This document shows positions 31,401 to 34,342 of a stretch of DNA of 34,342 nt, in pieces. Below the pieces are notes generated by a model. It did no database searches, had not been told where the DNA came from, and saw nothing but the letters and a program-made list of their open reading frames with translations. The stretch is from Candidatus Thiovulum karukerense. GTDB taxonomy: Bacteria > Campylobacterota > Campylobacteria > Campylobacterales > Thiovulaceae. The stretch covers positions 1-34,342 of the forward strand of contig JAMJTX010000026.1 in NCBI GenBank assembly GCA_024281215.1, given 5' to 3'. The translations under genes and the position numbers were made by a program. The stretch's first letter is position 1. Each line of letters starts with the position of its first letter.

Positions 31401-32016
31401 ACATTGACCGCTGATTGCCATCTCCATCATATATAAAAGTTGAGAAGTGTAGAATTGGTGTCTGCGGAATGAGAATTTTTCCAAACTCCATATTCAACTC
31501 CATCTGAGATATATAGATATCTTGGAAGCCCAAGCTTAAAGCTGATTTGTAGTAATCATAACTCTCTCTATTTTGCAGTCTATTCTCCGGTTGAACAATT
31601 GCACCTTTGCTTTTTACATCAAAGAGAACAGTAACACTCTCTTTTCCATTTAAGTCTAAAATTCTGATTTTAAAATATGCTTTTTTTAACTCTATTAAAG
31701 ACTTAAAAGTCTCTTCATTGGCTCGTCTCCACTCCTCAATCTCATACTTCATTCGGACACTCTCCCAATTTAGCATATTGGTAATTGAGTGTGAGTTAGC
31801 AATAAAGTGAGTATCCTGTTTAACCATCTCCAACTTCTGCATAAGAGATAGATGGGCATCATCAACAATCTGTTGATGGGTCTTGAGGACTTTATCAATG
31901 TGTGCCTCTTGACTAGTTGTATAGCCAATATAACCAACTAACCCTACAATAAGAATTGTAAAGGCTGTTATGATATATGTTAATTTTGTCTGAATATTTA
32001 TCCGCACTCTAGTCAC
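28423..32016 (-). CDS. Hybrid sensor histidine kinase (Cache-like sensor, poly-HAMP, GAF, HisKA, HATPase, REC)
   Basis: Two TMs around a periplasmic domain, five HAMP-like units, GAF (GEGVIGQVA), FLANMSHELRTPLN, NLLSNAFKFT, DSGIGI, GGTGLGL, REC (LIVDDD, LMDIMMP, TAKA, KP). Confidence 0.95.
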   Translation of the reverse strand: MTRVRINIQTKLTYIITAFTILIVGLVGYIGYTTSQEAHIDKVLKTHQQIVDDAHLSLMQKLEMVKQDTHFIANSHSITNMLNWESVRMKYEIEEWRRANEETFKSLIELKKAYFKIRILDLNGKESVTVLFDVKSKGAIVQPENRLQNRESYDYYKSALSLGFQDIYISQMELNMEFGKILIPQTPILHFSTFIYDGDGNQRSMLVINAYAEYFFQFFRKIDITHENRSIYMVNQDGYYLYHNNENKRWGWQIGHESNVKIDDPPLFEAIQKQESGFVNLHNHIHAFKRVYPDQNHPDKYWVIISHAEKDVAFEELREFEYYFLSAVIFALFVLIVFIKRYIRQVLNPLSSVTAQIQKISNGEPVPINIEYGNRDEIGDLIEASNRLYINIKTVIEQAKRVADGDFSNRISVNGERNELSNTINQMTDRLNEVANLASSLSNGELNTRLDVRGSQDSLGNALQDLIIYFEEIRDVAERVAVGDFDISLKDVSEQDRLGIALNKMIETLKGIVLQAEQIAEGDYSQNIAIKSDKDSLGFALQKMTATLNSNSKKNIDDNWLKDGFSNLSNSLSGIEDIQKLSTEALTLISKHIEASSALLFLFNEAKGELHLKSSYAFIDRESLSNNFKLGEGVIGQVALEKQPILLKNISKSDFVVGSGIVHREPTNTYTFPIIYEGTLLGVIEVASFEIFSQLQKDFMNRAGKLISAFFFNVKQGSKIRELLEDSQKAYEELQVKSEELQQSNVQMEEQQQQLEQQAHDMRVKNDMLETAKVELDERAKELEKSSQYKSEFLANMSHELRTPLNSIILLSKMLSDNSEELSEESLKQARVINKSGQDLLLLINDILDLSKIESGRMDIIYDDFNTTELTGELNDLFQPIAKSKDLEFIVRDDYKNSISTDRVKLLQVLRNLLSNAFKFTDKGQVALRVTQQKDSEFPVLISVKDSGIGIPKDKLSYIFEAFKQVDGSISRKYGGTGLGLSISKKFVELIGGKIEVVSKENSGSTFKIYLPSSSVIKKRSTTQRKRVQEEKKPEVTIQEPPVESGPVKDELFSDKDLIDKSYKESSFTLDNQLAGKRVLIVDDDSRNIFSMSAMLQKEKVVTLHALNGVQAIEKLKSESVDLVLMDIMMPEMDGFETITKIRGELKLTELPIIAVTAKAMKEDKERCIEVGANDYMSKPIDSKALLLMIKAWVNKS

Positions 32017-32025
32017 AACGACTCC

Positions 32026-33423
32026 TTATAGCTTATCTCCTATGAGATAATCAATCACCTCATCCATATTTATATGAGGCACAGCATCAATATCTCGATC
32101 TGGAAACTCAATTGGAGAGAAACTTGGAAAACTAAACATACCACCTCTCCATTCACTTTTTGGTGGATAATCTTCAGGAACTCTTCCAGAGTACTCTATT
32201 GTTGGTACTGTTTTTCCAACAACTCGCCCCTTTAAAGAGTCCATCTCTTTGCCTCCATAATCATGAACAATATCTTCCGTACTCTTAACTGATGCAAAAA
32301 CAATTGCCTCTGTATCTATCCCCTTGAGATTCAACTCCCGTTCAGCCTCTTCAACAACTGTATTCAGAAGCTTCTGATAGTTTTGATGTTGTGACGAAGC
32401 TATGTGATCAGCTTTTGTTGCTCCAAATAGAACTTTATCAATCTTCTTCTCAAGAACTTTTTTAAGAAAGCTCTGCTCCCCATACTCATACATTCGTATT
32501 ATCTTCTTAATAGCCTCTGTCATATCGATAAATGGGTTATACCCATTCTGGAGAGATTTTAGGACATCAACAAGAATAATCTGTCTATCAAACTGAGAAA
32601 AATATTCAACTGCAAGAGGCTCTACAATCTCTTTAATATATCGATTGTATCTATTTTGAAATCGTTGATATATTGAGTCTTCATGAGGTTTTAAATATTT
32701 TGGTGGTGGAAGAGGGGTAAAGAGAAGAGTTGAGTGATCACTTAGGTTTCCACTCTGAACACTTCGTCCAGGTTGAATAATAGAGAACCCCATATTTTGG
32801 AGAGTTCTTAAGTAGTCCCGATATTTATCCACAATTCCACGATCTGCACTTCCATCAGAAAAGCCATAGATATCGTGTTTGCTTAACTCACTCTGCCACT
32901 CTTTAGCTAACTCTCGTTTTACAGAGTTTCGTAACTGAGAGTATGCACTCTCTGACCACTCTGCAAACTCTTTGTTATACATCTCCAGATCAAAAAGCCA
33001 CTCTCCAGGATAGTCAATCACCTCAAGCTCTAATATCTTGTTTGGAAAGAATGAACTTCGGCTCTTAACTTCAATCTCAACTCTCACTTTTGAGACTGAT
33101 GAGGTTGATTTAGGCCACTTCGGATCTTCTGTCCGAAGAGCATCAACAACTGTTCGATAATCAAATTCAGGAACAGAGTCATCTTCAAGAGGGATAACCT
33201 TTGCAATAAACTCTTTTCCTCTACTTCTGCTAACTTTTTGGATTCTTTTTCCAGATACAAGTTGATTAACAAGTGATGTGATAAAGATACTCTTTCCACT
33301 TCGATTCAAACCAGTAACGGCAAGTTGAATCTTCTCCCGCTTCTTAAATATAGTATCAGCATGAATATCTTTTAGAAGTTTGAGTGTCTCACTCGATACT
33401 TTATCTATATACTCTTTTGCCAT
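32026..33423 (-). CDS. ycjX: YcjX family P-loop NTPase
   Basis: AVTGLNRSGKSIFITSLVNQL, DYPGEWLFDL, FDRQIILVD, ATKADHI, PHINMD..YLIGDKL. Confidence 0.9.
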   Translation of the reverse strand: MAKEYIDKVSSETLKLLKDIHADTIFKKREKIQLAVTGLNRSGKSIFITSLVNQLVSGKRIQKVSRSRGKEFIAKVIPLEDDSVPEFDYRTVVDALRTEDPKWPKSTSSVSKVRVEIEVKSRSSFFPNKILELEVIDYPGEWLFDLEMYNKEFAEWSESAYSQLRNSVKRELAKEWQSELSKHDIYGFSDGSADRGIVDKYRDYLRTLQNMGFSIIQPGRSVQSGNLSDHSTLLFTPLPPPKYLKPHEDSIYQRFQNRYNRYIKEIVEPLAVEYFSQFDRQIILVDVLKSLQNGYNPFIDMTEAIKKIIRMYEYGEQSFLKKVLEKKIDKVLFGATKADHIASSQHQNYQKLLNTVVEEAERELNLKGIDTEAIVFASVKSTEDIVHDYGGKEMDSLKGRVVGKTVPTIEYSGRVPEDYPPKSEWRGGMFSFPSFSPIEFPDRDIDAVPHINMDEVIDYLIGDKL

Positions 33424-33430
33424 TCGCCTC

Positions 33431-34342
33431 TTATAGTCCCATTTTATCTGGATTTAGAATATTATTAGGATCAAAAGCCTTTTTAATATTTCGGAATAGA
33501 TTCATCTCTTCATCACTAAATGCCATGCCCATATATGGAGCTTTTACCATTCCAATACCATGCTCACCGCTCAATGTTCCACCCATATCTATTGTAGCTT
33601 GGAAAATCTCTTTTATAGCTTTGTAACCAATCTCAACAGCTTTTGGATCTGAACCATCAACCATAACATTTGTGTGTATATTTCCATCTCCTGAGTGTCC
33701 GAAGCAAGGAACATTAATTTTATACTTTTCAGCTATTTCGTTGAATCTTTTTAGTGTCTCTGGTAGCTTACTTCTAGGAACAGTAACATCTTCGTTTATC
33801 TTTTTGCTTCCATAGATAGAGATAGCCTGACTCGCATTTCTTCTTGCAAACCAGATATCTTTTGCTTCATTTTCATCTTTCGCTCGTCGAAACTCTGTGG
33901 CTCTATTCTCTTTAAAGACTCGTTCAATTACCTCTAGTTGAAGATTAAGGTCCTCTTCTAAATCTCCATCAACATCAGTTACAAGAATTGCTCCCGCCTC
34001 CTCTGGAAGTCCTTTTTTATACATCTGCTCAACAGCTTTAATGGTTAAGTTATCAAGAAACTCCATCGCAACAGGTGTTACACCACTTGCCATAGTTTTA
34101 AAGACGGCACTCATTGCATCTTCAACAGTTGGAAATATTCCCATTGCTGTTTTTGTCAATTTAGGTTTTGAAATTAGCTTCAGAGTAATCTCAGTAATGA
34201 CAGCAAGAGTCCCCTCACTTGCTATTAAAATCCCAGCGATGTTATAACCAGCAACATCTTTAATCGTTCTCTTACCAGCTCGGATAATATCTCCATTTGG
34301 AAGCACTGCTCGAACTGCCATCACATAATCTTTAGTGATTCC
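33431..34342 (-). CDS. glcD: FAD-linked oxidase, glycolate oxidase GlcD-like (5'-truncated by the window edge)
   Basis: Frame open to base 34342 (GITKDYV...); KDVAGYN, SEGTLAVITE, GHSGDGNIH, GGTLSGEHGIG, FDPNNILNP. Confidence 0.88.
   Translation of the reverse strand, partial: GITKDYVMAVRAVLPNGDIIRAGKRTIKDVAGYNIAGILIASEGTLAVITEITLKLISKPKLTKTAMGIFPTVEDAMSAVFKTMASGVTPVAMEFLDNLTIKAVEQMYKKGLPEEAGAILVTDVDGDLEEDLNLQLEVIERVFKENRATEFRRAKDENEAKDIWFARRNASQAISIYGSKKINEDVTVPRSKLPETLKRFNEIAEKYKINVPCFGHSGDGNIHTNVMVDGSDPKAVEIGYKAIKEIFQATIDMGGTLSGEHGIGMVKAPYMGMAFSDEEMNLFRNIKKAFDPNNILNPDKMGL

Overview
AT-rich (roughly one-third GC by eye) chromosomal window from a Campylobacterota bacterium. The evidence is the epsilon-type flagellin and FlgL, mqnC and the rpmB-K+ channel pair; a free-living Sulfurimonas/Thiovulum-like lineage is plausible but unproven. 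The right two-thirds is mostly housekeeping, motility and signalling: nnr, pyrF, an orphan ABC permease, trpA, rpmB, a K+ channel, priA, flagellin, mqnC, tmk, flgL, a poly-HAMP hybrid kinase, ycjX and a partial glcD. The left 15 kb holds the unexplained biology, a cluster of exported surface proteins. (1) A >681-aa minus-strand gene at 2..2044, absent from the ORF track because it runs off the window, is a clear paralog of the 1353-aa protein at 6168..10229. (2) The 1353-aa protein carries 20 bacterial D/E-x-N-x-S/T N-glycosylation sequons by manual count, flagellin/FliD 'IN'-like modules, and split copies of a GW(N/S)L...GYW module. (3) Downstream lie a 68-aa membrane peptide, a repeat-stalk lipoprotein, and a Pmp-like beta-helix protein that ends in the same GW module instead of an autotransporter barrel. 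Together these suggest an undescribed, heavily N-glycosylated surface layer or adhesin system (inference). Also noted: a long MlaD with a barrel-like C-terminus, a REP-like doublet after flagellin, and sigma28-like promoters before flagellin and flgL. No rRNA, tRNA, CRISPR array or transposase was seen.
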